Shown here: piece after piece, positions 5,986-12,650 of the stretch
Position numbering within the stretch: the stretch's first letter is position 1
How the letters are laid out: every line of letters begins with the position of its first letter
NCBI GenBank assembly: GCA_030167145.1
Contig: CP126532.1
Location: 2,820,001 to 2,852,000, forward strand
DNA from: Ktedonobacterales bacterium
Lineage (GTDB): Bacteria; Chloroflexota; Ktedonobacteria; Ktedonobacterales; JADMIN01
DNA: 32,000 nt
Reading direction: 5' to 3'
The notes under the pieces: generated by a model
Seen by the model: only the letters and a program-made list of their open reading frames with translations
Database searches by the model: none
What the model was told of the DNA's origin: nothing
Position numbers and translations under genes: made by a program

Positions 5986-7362
5986 ATGAAACGAGGCACT
6001 GCGAGTACACAGGGGCGGGCGCGCTCGGACATGAATGGCCGGAGCACAGGGGAGCGGGGGCAGGTGAATGGATTGGCGCGGGCGTTTCGTTCGTTGCGGC
6101 AACGCAATTTTCGGCTGTTCTGGTTTGGGTTGCTGGTTTCGCTGATCGGCACGTGGATGCAGAGCATTGGGCAGGCGTGGCTGGTGCTCGATTTGACGCA
6201 TAGCGCGTGGCAATTGGGTGTGGTGGGGGCGTTGCAATTCTTGCCGGTGCTGTTGTTTGCGGTCTTTGGCGGGGTGCTGGCGGATCGGTGGCCGAAACGG
6301 CGCGTGCTGCTGTTTACGCAGTCGGCGGCGATGGTTCAGGCGTTGGTGTTGTGGGGGCTGACGGCTGCGGGGGTGGTGCAGATCTGGCAGGTGTATGTGC
6401 TGGCGCTGCTGCTGGGGCTGACGAATAGCCTGGATTTTCCGACGCGCGAGGCGTTTGTGGTGGAGACGGCGGGGCGCGAGGATCTGCCCAATGCGGTGGC
6501 GCTGAACTCGTCGCTATCGAGTCTGGCGCGGATTGTGGGCCCAGGGCTGGGAGGGATGATTATTGCCGCAAGCTCGGTGACGGCGCTGTTTCTGCTGAAT
6601 GGGGTGAGCTATCTTGCTGTGATTGCCTCGCTGGCGGTGATCAGGCGGGAGGAGCTGCATGCCCAGCCAGTGTACGATAGGAAGGGGGGTGACGCGGGTG
6701 GGTGGCGGACTACGTGGTATAGCCTGCGCGAGGGGGTGGGCTATGTGTGGAAGTCGCCAGCGATTTTGTTGTTGATCGTGGTGGTGGGGCTGGTGCTGCT
6801 GTTTGGGGCGAACTTCAATGTGGTGCTGCCGCTCTTTGCGACGGATGTGTTGGATGTGGGGGCGAGGGGATTCGGTTTTCTTTCGGCGGCGATTGGCGTG
6901 GGCGCGCTGGTGGCAGGGCTGTGGCTGGCGTGGGGGAATGAGCCGCCAGTGGGGGGCCTCCGGCAGGCAACGATCCGCCGGGTGCTGATTGGCGCGATGC
7001 TATTTGGGGTGTTGGAGGTGGTGTTTGCGGTCTCGCGCAGTTATGTGTTGTCGCTGGCGCTGATTGGGGGCGTTGGCTTTGCGGAGACGACGTTTGCCGC
7101 GCAGGCGATCACGACGCTGCAAACGATTGCGCCGGACCATTTGCGCGGGCGGGTGATGAGCGTGTGTGTGCTGTTCTTTGATGGGACGGTGCCGTTGGGG
7201 TACCTGCTGACGGGATGGCTGGCGAGTGTGTATGGCGCGCCGGCGGCGCTGCTGATTTGTTGCTCGCTGGGTCTGGTGGTGGCGGGGATGGGATGGCTGC
7301 GGCGGGGGCCAGCGGAGCGAGATATGGCGGGATATAGCGGGATTGGCGAAGGTGTGAGGTAG
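5986..7362 (+). CDS. MFS transporter (third paralog of the DHA3/EntS-like type)
   Basis: C-terminal 458 aa of the 617-aa track ORF; the upstream part is W/R/G-rich repeat sequence. Motif A is GVLADRWPKRRVLL, about 12 TM. Start is uncertain: ATG 5986, ATG 6031 (inside a Rep-A copy) or GTG 6064. GTG 6064 has the best SD, GGGGAG 9 nt upstream, and gives VNGLARAFRSLRQRNFRLFWFG. Confidence 0.85.
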   Translation: MKRGTASTQGRARSDMNGRSTGERGQVNGLARAFRSLRQRNFRLFWFGLLVSLIGTWMQSIGQAWLVLDLTHSAWQLGVVGALQFLPVLLFAVFGGVLADRWPKRRVLLFTQSAAMVQALVLWGLTAAGVVQIWQVYVLALLLGLTNSLDFPTREAFVVETAGREDLPNAVALNSSLSSLARIVGPGLGGMIIAASSVTALFLLNGVSYLAVIASLAVIRREELHAQPVYDRKGGDAGGWRTTWYSLREGVGYVWKSPAILLLIVVVGLVLLFGANFNVVLPLFATDVLDVGARGFGFLSAAIGVGALVAGLWLAWGNEPPVGGLRQATIRRVLIGAMLFGVLEVVFAVSRSYVLSLALIGGVGFAETTFAAQAITTLQTIAPDHLRGRVMSVCVLFFDGTVPLGYLLTGWLASVYGAPAALLICCSLGLVVAGMGWLRRGPAERDMAGYSGIGEGVR

Positions 7363-7393
7363 TTCACAGCGTGGGGGCGCGGGGATGGATATA

Positions 7394-7405
7394 GTAGGGG
7401 CGTCC
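7394..7405 (+). repeat. half Rep-D copy in opposite orientation (GTAGGGGCGTCC, right arm missing)
   Basis: gtaggggcgtcc on the plus strand, followed by cagttgtg instead of GGACGCCC. Sits in the convergent spacer between the MFS (+) and GT-C (-) genes. Confidence 0.4.
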
Positions 7406-7475
7406 CAGTTGTGTCGAATGGGAGCAATGCGGGTGATGGGCGGTGGCTGGGGCACTCTTATCCCCCTGTGGTCCG

Positions 7476-7507
7476 GCCACGCGCCCTCGCCGTGTTTTTG
7501 GCGTGGC
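7476..7507. terminator. hairpin with internal T5 run between convergent genes
   Basis: GCCACGC (7476-7482) pairs with GCGTGGC (7501-7507). A short inner stem cacgcg..cgccgtg is followed by TTTTT (7495-7499) on the plus strand. Sits 114 nt after the MFS stop and 3 nt from the GT-C stop. Confidence 0.4.
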
Positions 7508-7509
7508 TG

Positions 7510-10191
7510 CTAGGGGTCGGGTTGGAGTGGGGGTTGGGGTAGGGTGATGGTGGCGTGGTCGAGTGCTGATTGGGTGGGGTGGGTGAGGATGGCGGAGGGG
7601 GTCGCGCCGAGGGGGAGGACGCCGTAGTCGAGGCCAAGCAGTTCTTTGGAGGTTTCCATCTGGAGGGCGCCGATGTGGGGCTGATACCAGGAGTGGGTGT
7701 CGCGTGAGACGATGATGCCAAGCTGCCAGTTAGGTTGGGTGGCGAGGCGGTGGGGGAGTGGGGTGACGAGGGTGATGCCTTCACCGGCGAGCCAGATGCT
7801 AGGCTGGCAGATGCTCCAAGCGTCGGTGTAGCCGGAGGGGGTGAAGAAGAGCAGGTGGAAGTGGTATTGGGCGACGGCGGGGCCGGGCGGGGTGCTGGTG
7901 AGGACGGTCCAGCGGGTGATGAGGCGGGCGGGCAATCCATTGGCGGCGGGGGCGGTGATGGCGCTTTGCAGGCGGAGTTCGCCGTTGACGGTGGCGAGCG
8001 GGGCGCGGGATGTCGGTGCGGAATCGGGGGCGATGGCGTAGACTGGGTAGGATGTGCCGCGGGCCATGGGAAGTGTGGCGATGAGGCGGGCGGCGCCGCG
8101 CTGGTGCAGGAGTTCTTGATAGGCGAGGCCGCTGGTGTTGGTGGCGAGGAGCAGAGCGTCGGGCGCGCCATGTGGCGGTGTGAGGTAGCAGTCGCCGGGG
8201 AGGTAGCTGGTCCAGGTGGGGGCGGTGGGAGTGGTGGCGAGGTTGTTCTGGCGCTGCGCCCAGTAGAGGCCCATGTAGGGGTCGGTGGGGTCGGCGGCGA
8301 TGTAGACCTGGCGGGAGTGGAGGCGCGCTGCCTGGGTGTTGACGGTGGCGAGGGCGCGCGTGTAGCTGGTGTCGGAGATGGCGCCCCAGGACCAGCCCCA
8401 GGCCTGGCCGGAGGTGAGGACGTGCATCCAGGTGTTGGTGGCGGCGAGTTGGTTGAAGGCGAGGAGCAGGGCGAAGAGGATGCAGAGAGTGGGGAGGGCG
8501 TGGGGGAGGAACCTAACCCCCGACCCCTTCCCTACGAGGGAAGGGGAGAGGCGGGTCGCGCGGCGGGCGGACCCGACGAGGGAAGGGGAGCGAACGGCGG
8601 CGCGGCGGGCGAGGGCGCGACGGGTGCGAAGAGACCTAACCCCCGACCCCTTCCCTACGAGGGAAGGGGAGACGAGGGCGGTGGTGGTGGGCAGGTCTAT
8701 GTGACGGGCGTGGGTGCGGTAGTGGCGGAGGATGGTGGTGAGCAGGGTGGTGAGGCGGATGGGGGCTTCGGTGAGGAAGAGGGCGATGGTGAGGTAGGCG
8801 ATGGGGGTGATGATGAAGACGTAGTGGGGGTAGACGGGGCTGGAATGGCGGATGGTGAGGGCGAAGAGGATGGCGGGCCAGAGCAGCAGTGGCAGGCGGG
8901 CGCGCCAGGTGGCGTCGAAGCCGAGAGGGCGCGGGGTGGTGGGATGGGACGTGGTGGTGGTAGTAGGGAGGGCGGCGGTGGCGCTGGTCGTATGAGGTAG
9001 GTGGCGGATGAGGAAGCGGATCGGTGGGGTGAAGAGACGGATGGGCAGACGCAGGATGGGAATGAGCAGGGTGAGGGCGAGCCAGAGGGAGCCGATGGCC
9101 CAGAGCCGCCAGAGCAGGGGCGCGAGCCAGGCGAGATGCGCGGGGACGCTGGTGTAGGCGGTGGGGCCGAAGTAGTCGCCGGGGAGGGGGCTGAGGGCGG
9201 TGGTGAGTGATTGGAAGAGCTGGCCGTCCTGGTGTTTGGGGGCAGAGAGCCATTGCTGGTAGGCGGGACCGTCTATCGCGCCGTTGCTGGCGAACTCGAA
9301 GAGGAGGGTGGGGACGAGGAGCAAGAAGCTGGCGGCGATGCCGAGTATGAGGTCAATGCGGCTGAGGAAGATGGCGCGGAGTTTGAGCGGGGGAAGGCCG
9401 AGCAGCAGGCCAAGGAGGGTGATGGGTATAAATGAGGCGGCGATGGGATGGATTTGGATGGCGAGGGTGAGCAGGATGAGGTGCGGGGTGATCCAGAAGG
9501 CGCGGCGACCAGCGACGCCACGGCACCAGAAGTAGAGGGCGCCGAGCATGAGCGGGAGGAGGAGGGTGTTTTGCCAGAGGAAGATGGACATCCAGGTGTC
9601 GTAGCCCGCGCCTGCGAGGAGGAGTCCGGCGAGGAGGGCGGCGGGGCGGCTGAAGTAGCGCGCGGCGGTGATATAGAGCAAGGCGATGGCGGCGATGTTG
9701 GCGAGGACGGTGAGGACGACGGCGCCATGTGGGTTGCTGGCGAAGGGCAGGATGATGAGCGAGTAGGCGGGGAGGTTGAGGGTGAGGATGGAGCTGTAGA
9801 TGCCGGTGAAGGGCAGGAGGTGGTCGTGCTGGGCGCGGGCGACTTGAAGAAAGAGCAGGGCGTCGTCGGACATGAAGGGGGCATGGTTTATGGCGGGGAG
9901 ACGAAGCCAGGCGGCGACGGCAAGGACGAGCCAGAACTCCCAGTGAAGGAGCCAGGGGGGAATTGCGGCCATGAATGGGCGGAGTAGACGACTCGCGGCC
10001 ATCAATGGCCGGCGCAGGGACGGGCGTGGGGTGAGGCGAGGTGATAGCGCGGGGAGCGGGCGTGTAGCGAGGGAAGGGCGTGTAGCGAGGGAAGGGCGTC
10101 CGCCGGACGCCCCTACGGTGGTGGAGGGTTTGTTGTTGCGCGTTGTCGTGGCTTTTGTGCGTTTCGCTGGTGGTGTTGTGAGCGCCGCCAT
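7510..10191 (-). CDS. GT-C fold membrane glycosyltransferase (ArnT/PMT-like) with C-terminal soluble domain
   Basis: 893-aa ORF. The N-terminal region has at least 10 hydrophobic helices, with an acidic DD in the first predicted outer loop (NHAPFMSDDALLFLQVA) as in GT39/GT83-type enzymes. The C-terminal ~300 aa are non-membrane. AAGAGGA lies 10 nt upstream of ATG 10191. An alternative ATG at 9972 (MAAIPPWLLHWEF) sits right before TM1. Residues between the two starts, and an internal ~55-aa loop, are encoded by repeats. Confidence 0.8.
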   Translation of the reverse strand: MAALTTPPAKRTKATTTRNNKPSTTVGASGGRPSLATRPSLATRPLPALSPRLTPRPSLRRPLMAASRLLRPFMAAIPPWLLHWEFWLVLAVAAWLRLPAINHAPFMSDDALLFLQVARAQHDHLLPFTGIYSSILTLNLPAYSLIILPFASNPHGAVVLTVLANIAAIALLYITAARYFSRPAALLAGLLLAGAGYDTWMSIFLWQNTLLLPLMLGALYFWCRGVAGRRAFWITPHLILLTLAIQIHPIAASFIPITLLGLLLGLPPLKLRAIFLSRIDLILGIAASFLLLVPTLLFEFASNGAIDGPAYQQWLSAPKHQDGQLFQSLTTALSPLPGDYFGPTAYTSVPAHLAWLAPLLWRLWAIGSLWLALTLLIPILRLPIRLFTPPIRFLIRHLPHTTSATAALPTTTTTSHPTTPRPLGFDATWRARLPLLLWPAILFALTIRHSSPVYPHYVFIITPIAYLTIALFLTEAPIRLTTLLTTILRHYRTHARHIDLPTTTALVSPSLVGKGSGVRSLRTRRALARRAAVRSPSLVGSARRATRLSPSLVGKGSGVRFLPHALPTLCILFALLLAFNQLAATNTWMHVLTSGQAWGWSWGAISDTSYTRALATVNTQAARLHSRQVYIAADPTDPYMGLYWAQRQNNLATTPTAPTWTSYLPGDCYLTPPHGAPDALLLATNTSGLAYQELLHQRGAARLIATLPMARGTSYPVYAIAPDSAPTSRAPLATVNGELRLQSAITAPAANGLPARLITRWTVLTSTPPGPAVAQYHFHLLFFTPSGYTDAWSICQPSIWLAGEGITLVTPLPHRLATQPNWQLGIIVSRDTHSWYQPHIGALQMETSKELLGLDYGVLPLGATPSAILTHPTQSALDHATITLPQPPLQPDP
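8512..8671 (+). repeat. Rep-B composite: two 37-bp full copies flanking a half copy, inside the GT-C ORF
   Basis: cctaacccccgaccccttccctacgagggaaggggag occurs at 8512-8548 and 8635-8671 (identical, 123 bp apart). A half copy acccgacgagggaaggggag is at 8571-8590. The hairpin is CCCCTTCCCT-ACG-AGGGAAGGGG (10-bp perfect stem). The minus strand translates as SPSLVGKGSGVRS...SPSLVGSARR...SPSLVGKGSGVRF. Confidence 0.9.
9965..10015 (+). repeat. Rep-A pair (gcggccatgaatgggcggag / gcggccatcaatggccggcg), period 30
   Basis: Cores at 9970-9977 (catgaatg) and 10000-10007 (catcaatg). The first copy supplies the alternative ATG at 9972 on the minus strand (…RPFMAAIPPW). Confidence 0.7.
10058..10093. repeat. 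18-bp tandem duplication gggcgtgtagcgagggaa x2
   Basis: Exact copies at 10058-10075 and 10076-10093. The minus strand encodes PSLATRPSLATR. It abuts the Rep-D copy at 10094. Confidence 0.95.
10094..10116 (-). repeat. Rep-D: minus-strand GTAG + GGGCGTCC-GGC-GGACGCCC
   Basis: Plus strand reads gggcgtccgccggacgcccctac. Differs from the 1178-1200 copy by one loop base. Confidence 0.7.
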
Positions 10192-10228
10192 CCCAACTTC
10201 ATCCTCTTATGTGCCGACTGGTGAGCGC

Positions 10229-10336
10229 GGGCAGACAGGAATGTCCGCCCCACCAGTGGCTGGCGGGCAGACAGGAATGTCCGCCCCACCAGTGGCTGGC
10301 AGGCAGACAGGAATGTCCGCCCCACCAGTGGCTAGC
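10229..10336 (-). repeat. Rep-C x3 in head-to-tail tandem, exact 36-bp period
   Basis: gggcagacaggaatgtccgccccaccagtggctggc occurs at 10229-10264 and 10265-10300 (identical). The third unit, 10301-10336, has 2 substitutions. Each unit has 9-bp arms with one mismatch, loop GGAA, and a GTGG head on the minus strand. Confidence 0.95.
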
Positions 10337-10436
10337 GATTCCGTGCGGTGATATGCAGATGCGTTGCCAACATGCGAGGGTGTGGCGCGCATCTGGCACG
10401 TATTGTTAGACGAAGGGGAGGTGGCGCAAATATCGC

Positions 10437-10970
10437 TCATATGTCGAAGAAGCCGGAGAGTTCGGGATGTTGCTCGACCATGTCGTCGCGGTAGGTGGTG
10501 GGGATGGGGAGGAAGGTGCCTTCGGCGCTGGCGATGAGGGTGTGAGGGGCGCTGGCGAGGCGGATCTCACCTTCGGCGTGGACCATGCGCGAGCGGGAGT
10601 CGCGGGTGCGGGCGCTGACGCGGAGGGTCTGGTGGAGGGGTGCGGCGGTGCGGTAGCGGATTTCGAGGCGGCCGGTCATCATCCAGCGGCCTTCGAGGGT
10701 GGCGGTGCGGCTGAGGGTTTCGTCGAGGAGGGTGGCGAGGATGCCGCCGTGGACGACGCCGGGGAAGCCCTGGAACTGGAGGTCGGGGGTGAATTCGGTG
10801 ACGATGGCGCCGTCTTCTTCGCGGAAAGCGAGCTGGAGGCCGATGGGGTTGCGCGCGCCACAGCCGAAGCAGCGCTGATATTCGCTGGTGTCGTTGAGGC
10901 GGTCAATGGAGCCGGGGAGGGTGGTGGGATTGGAGTTGGAGTTGGAGTTGGAGTTGGGGTCGCTGGTCAT
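10437..10970 (-). CDS. PaaI/hotdog-fold acyl-CoA thioesterase family protein
   Basis: 177-aa ORF with GAAAGGA 7 nt upstream of the ATG. CFGCGARNPIGLQL...GFPGVVHGGILATLLDETL is typical of PaaI-type hotdog thioesterases. The N-terminus carries an NSNSNSNSN tract. Confidence 0.85.
   Translation of the reverse strand: MTSDPNSNSNSNSNPTTLPGSIDRLNDTSEYQRCFGCGARNPIGLQLAFREEDGAIVTEFTPDLQFQGFPGVVHGGILATLLDETLSRTATLEGRWMMTGRLEIRYRTAAPLHQTLRVSARTRDSRSRMVHAEGEIRLASAPHTLIASAEGTFLPIPTTYRDDMVEQHPELSGFFDI
10931..10960. repeat. hexanucleotide tandem repeat (tggagt x4 + tggggt) in the thioesterase 5' end
   Basis: Read directly from the sequence; encodes (NS)n on the minus strand. Confidence 0.9.
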
Positions 10971-11034
10971 GGGGTGGTCCTTTCTGGTGATCGCGGCGAT
11001 GAGTGGCGTTCTGTTATTTGCGGCGGGCGCGGCG

Positions 11035-11105
11035 CGAGCGGGCGGTTAAAACCGCGCCTGGATGGCCTGCGGCCGCGAAACCCGCCGTCGCGGGTTTGGA
11101 AGAGA
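11035..11105 (+). repeat. Rep-E copy 1: ~70-nt multi-hairpin element
   Basis: gcgagcgggcggttaaaaccgcgcctggatggcctgcggccgcgaaacccgccgtcgcgggtttggaagagag is about 85% identical by eye to 24156-24230. Hairpins are GGCGGTT..AACCGCGCC, GGCC-tgc-GGCC and AAACCCGC-cgtc-GCGGGTTT (11078-11097, flanked by A3/T3). Confidence 0.8.
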
Positions 11106-11149
11106 GCGGGTAGTCGCATCTGGTTGTGAAAGAGCATGATGCCTGGTGT

Positions 11150-11686
11150 TTATGCGTCGTGTGGCGTGGTGGTGGCGAGGGATTTGGCGTATTCGCGGGC
11201 GTAGCGCTGGTAGTGGGCTGCGCCGGTGAGGATGCGCTGGCGTTCGGTGTCGGTGATGGGGCGGGCGACTTTGCCGGGGACGCCGATGACGAGTTGCCCT
11301 GGGGCGATGCGCTTGCCTTCGGGGATGAGCGCGCCAGCGGCGACGATGCATTCATCGCCGAGGGTGGCGTTGTTGAGGACGGTGGCGCTCATGCCGATGA
11401 GGACGCGGTCGCCGAGGGTTGCGCCGTGGACGATGGCGCCGTGGCCGAGGGAGCAATCCGCGCCGATGACGCAGGGGGTGTCTTCGTCGGTGTGGAGGAC
11501 GCAGTTATCCTGGACGTTGGCGCGGGGGCCGATGCGGATGGGGGCGGTGTCGCCACGCAAGACCGCGCCGAACCAAATGCTGGCGCCGGAGGCGATGGTG
11601 ACATCGCCCACGATGACAGCGGTGGGGGCGGTGAAGGCATCGGCGGCGATGGTGGGCCAGATGCCTTGATAGGGCAGGATGGGCAT
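11150..11686 (-). CDS. gamma-carbonic-anhydrase-family / hexapeptide-repeat (LbH, YrdA/PaaY-like) protein
   Basis: 178-aa ORF. FTAPTAVIVGDVTIASGASIWFGAVLRGD...IGPRANVQDNCVLH...LGHGAIVHGATLGDRVLIGMSATVLNNATLGDECIVAAGALI shows the left-handed beta-helix hexapeptide pattern with the gamma-CA His positions. Confidence 0.9.
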   Translation of the reverse strand: MPILPYQGIWPTIAADAFTAPTAVIVGDVTIASGASIWFGAVLRGDTAPIRIGPRANVQDNCVLHTDEDTPCVIGADCSLGHGAIVHGATLGDRVLIGMSATVLNNATLGDECIVAAGALIPEGKRIAPGQLVIGVPGKVARPITDTERQRILTGAAHYQRYAREYAKSLATTTPHDA

Positions 11687-11738
11687 GGGAGGCTGTTCCT
11701 TTCATAGCATGTCTTGGTGGGCGGATTGGGCGTGATGG

Positions 11739-12650
11739 TCAGGCGCACCAGGCGTCCCAGAGGAGGCGGATGGTGTGGCCGACGGCGGTGCGGGCTGCTG
11801 GCGGATTGGGCTGATCGGTGGTGAGAACGCAGAAGACGCAGGCGCCGCTGGGGCCGGTGAGGATGCCCGCGTCGTGGAAGGTGTCTTCGAGGGAGCCGGT
11901 TTTGTGGGCAAGCTGAGCGCTCTCTGGCAGCCATGCGGCAATGTCGTCGGCGCACTGCTGGGCGGCGAGCAGGTCGCGCAGGCGACGCGCGCCGGGGAGG
12001 GCGTTGCCACGGATGAGTAGGAGCAGCGTGGCGATGTCGGCGGCGGTGGTGAGGTTGTCGCGGTGGTTGGCGCGTGCTTCCCAGTCCATGAAGTGGCGGG
12101 CGAGGCGGGTGTGTTCGAGGTTGAGACGGCTGAGGGTTTCGTTGATTTCGCCGATGCCGAGGAGGTCGAGCAGGAAATTGGCGGCGGTGTTGTCGCTGAC
12201 GCCGAGCATGAGGAAGCAGAGGTCGTTGAGGGTGAGGCGGGTGTCGGGGTGGAGGTAGTCGAGGACGCCGCCGCCACCGACTCGTGGTTCGGTGGAGGTG
12301 TCGAGCCGCTCGTCGAGGTCAAACTGGCCAAGGCTGGCGCGGCGGAAGAGTTCGATGGCGATGCAGATCTTGCTGAGGCTGGCGGCGGGGAAGATGTCGT
12401 GCTCGCGCAGGAGCACGGTGTCGGAGTCGTGCTCGCGGCCATGAATGGCCGGAGTACGGTCGTGGTCGTGATCGTGGTCTGCGTCGTCGTCGGGTGGGCG
12501 CTGGCTGAGCAGGGGCAGGGCGCGCGGAGGCGTGGCGGTGGGGGTGCGGTGCGCGGCGATGGCGGTGCGGCCGCCGAGTGGGGTGAGCAGGGCGGCGATG
12601 GCGGTGGTGAGAGCGTTATCGGTAGGTGGAGTGAGGTTGGGTGTGCTCAT
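11739..12650 (-). CDS. class A beta-lactamase-related serine hydrolase
   Basis: All three active-site motifs are present in order: S-x-x-K (AASLSKI), SDN (LGVSDNTAAN) and KTG (AHKTGSL). The chosen ATG (12650-12648) overlaps the upstream gene's TGA (12649-12647) as ATGA. The longest ORF would start at 12671. Confidence 0.8.
   Translation of the reverse strand: MSTPNLTPPTDNALTTAIAALLTPLGGRTAIAAHRTPTATPPRALPLLSQRPPDDDADHDHDHDRTPAIHGREHDSDTVLLREHDIFPAASLSKICIAIELFRRASLGQFDLDERLDTSTEPRVGGGGVLDYLHPDTRLTLNDLCFLMLGVSDNTAANFLLDLLGIGEINETLSRLNLEHTRLARHFMDWEARANHRDNLTTAADIATLLLLIRGNALPGARRLRDLLAAQQCADDIAAWLPESAQLAHKTGSLEDTFHDAGILTGPSGACVFCVLTTDQPNPPAARTAVGHTIRLLWDAWCA
12432..12459 (+). repeat. Rep-A copy inside the beta-lactamase-like ORF
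   Basis: ctcgcggccatgaatggccggagtacgg. The minus strand encodes TPAIHGREH. It is adjacent to a gtcgtg/atcgtg hexamer tract encoding DHDHDHD. Confidence 0.75.

Noticed and set aside
3797-6237. Very long minus-strand ORFs (3797-5467, 556 aa; 4561-6237, 558 aa) and the 5' 159 codons of the plus-strand ORF 5509-7362.
   Set aside because: The recognisable proteins (ArsR, IS fragment, MFS) begin at internal starts. The extensions are P/R/H- or W/R/G-rich translations of the repeat island.
8512-8520. CCTAACCCC at the 5' side of Rep-B as a telomere-like (CCCTAA) motif.
   Set aside because: It is a single non-tandem occurrence per element, is part of the repeat consensus, and nothing suggests a linear replicon end.
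10229-10336. The 36-bp x3 array (and Rep-B copies at 8512-8671) as a CRISPR array.
   Set aside because: The units are contiguous with no unique spacers, there are only three copies and no cas genes. The Rep-B copies are separated by related sequence, not by spacers.
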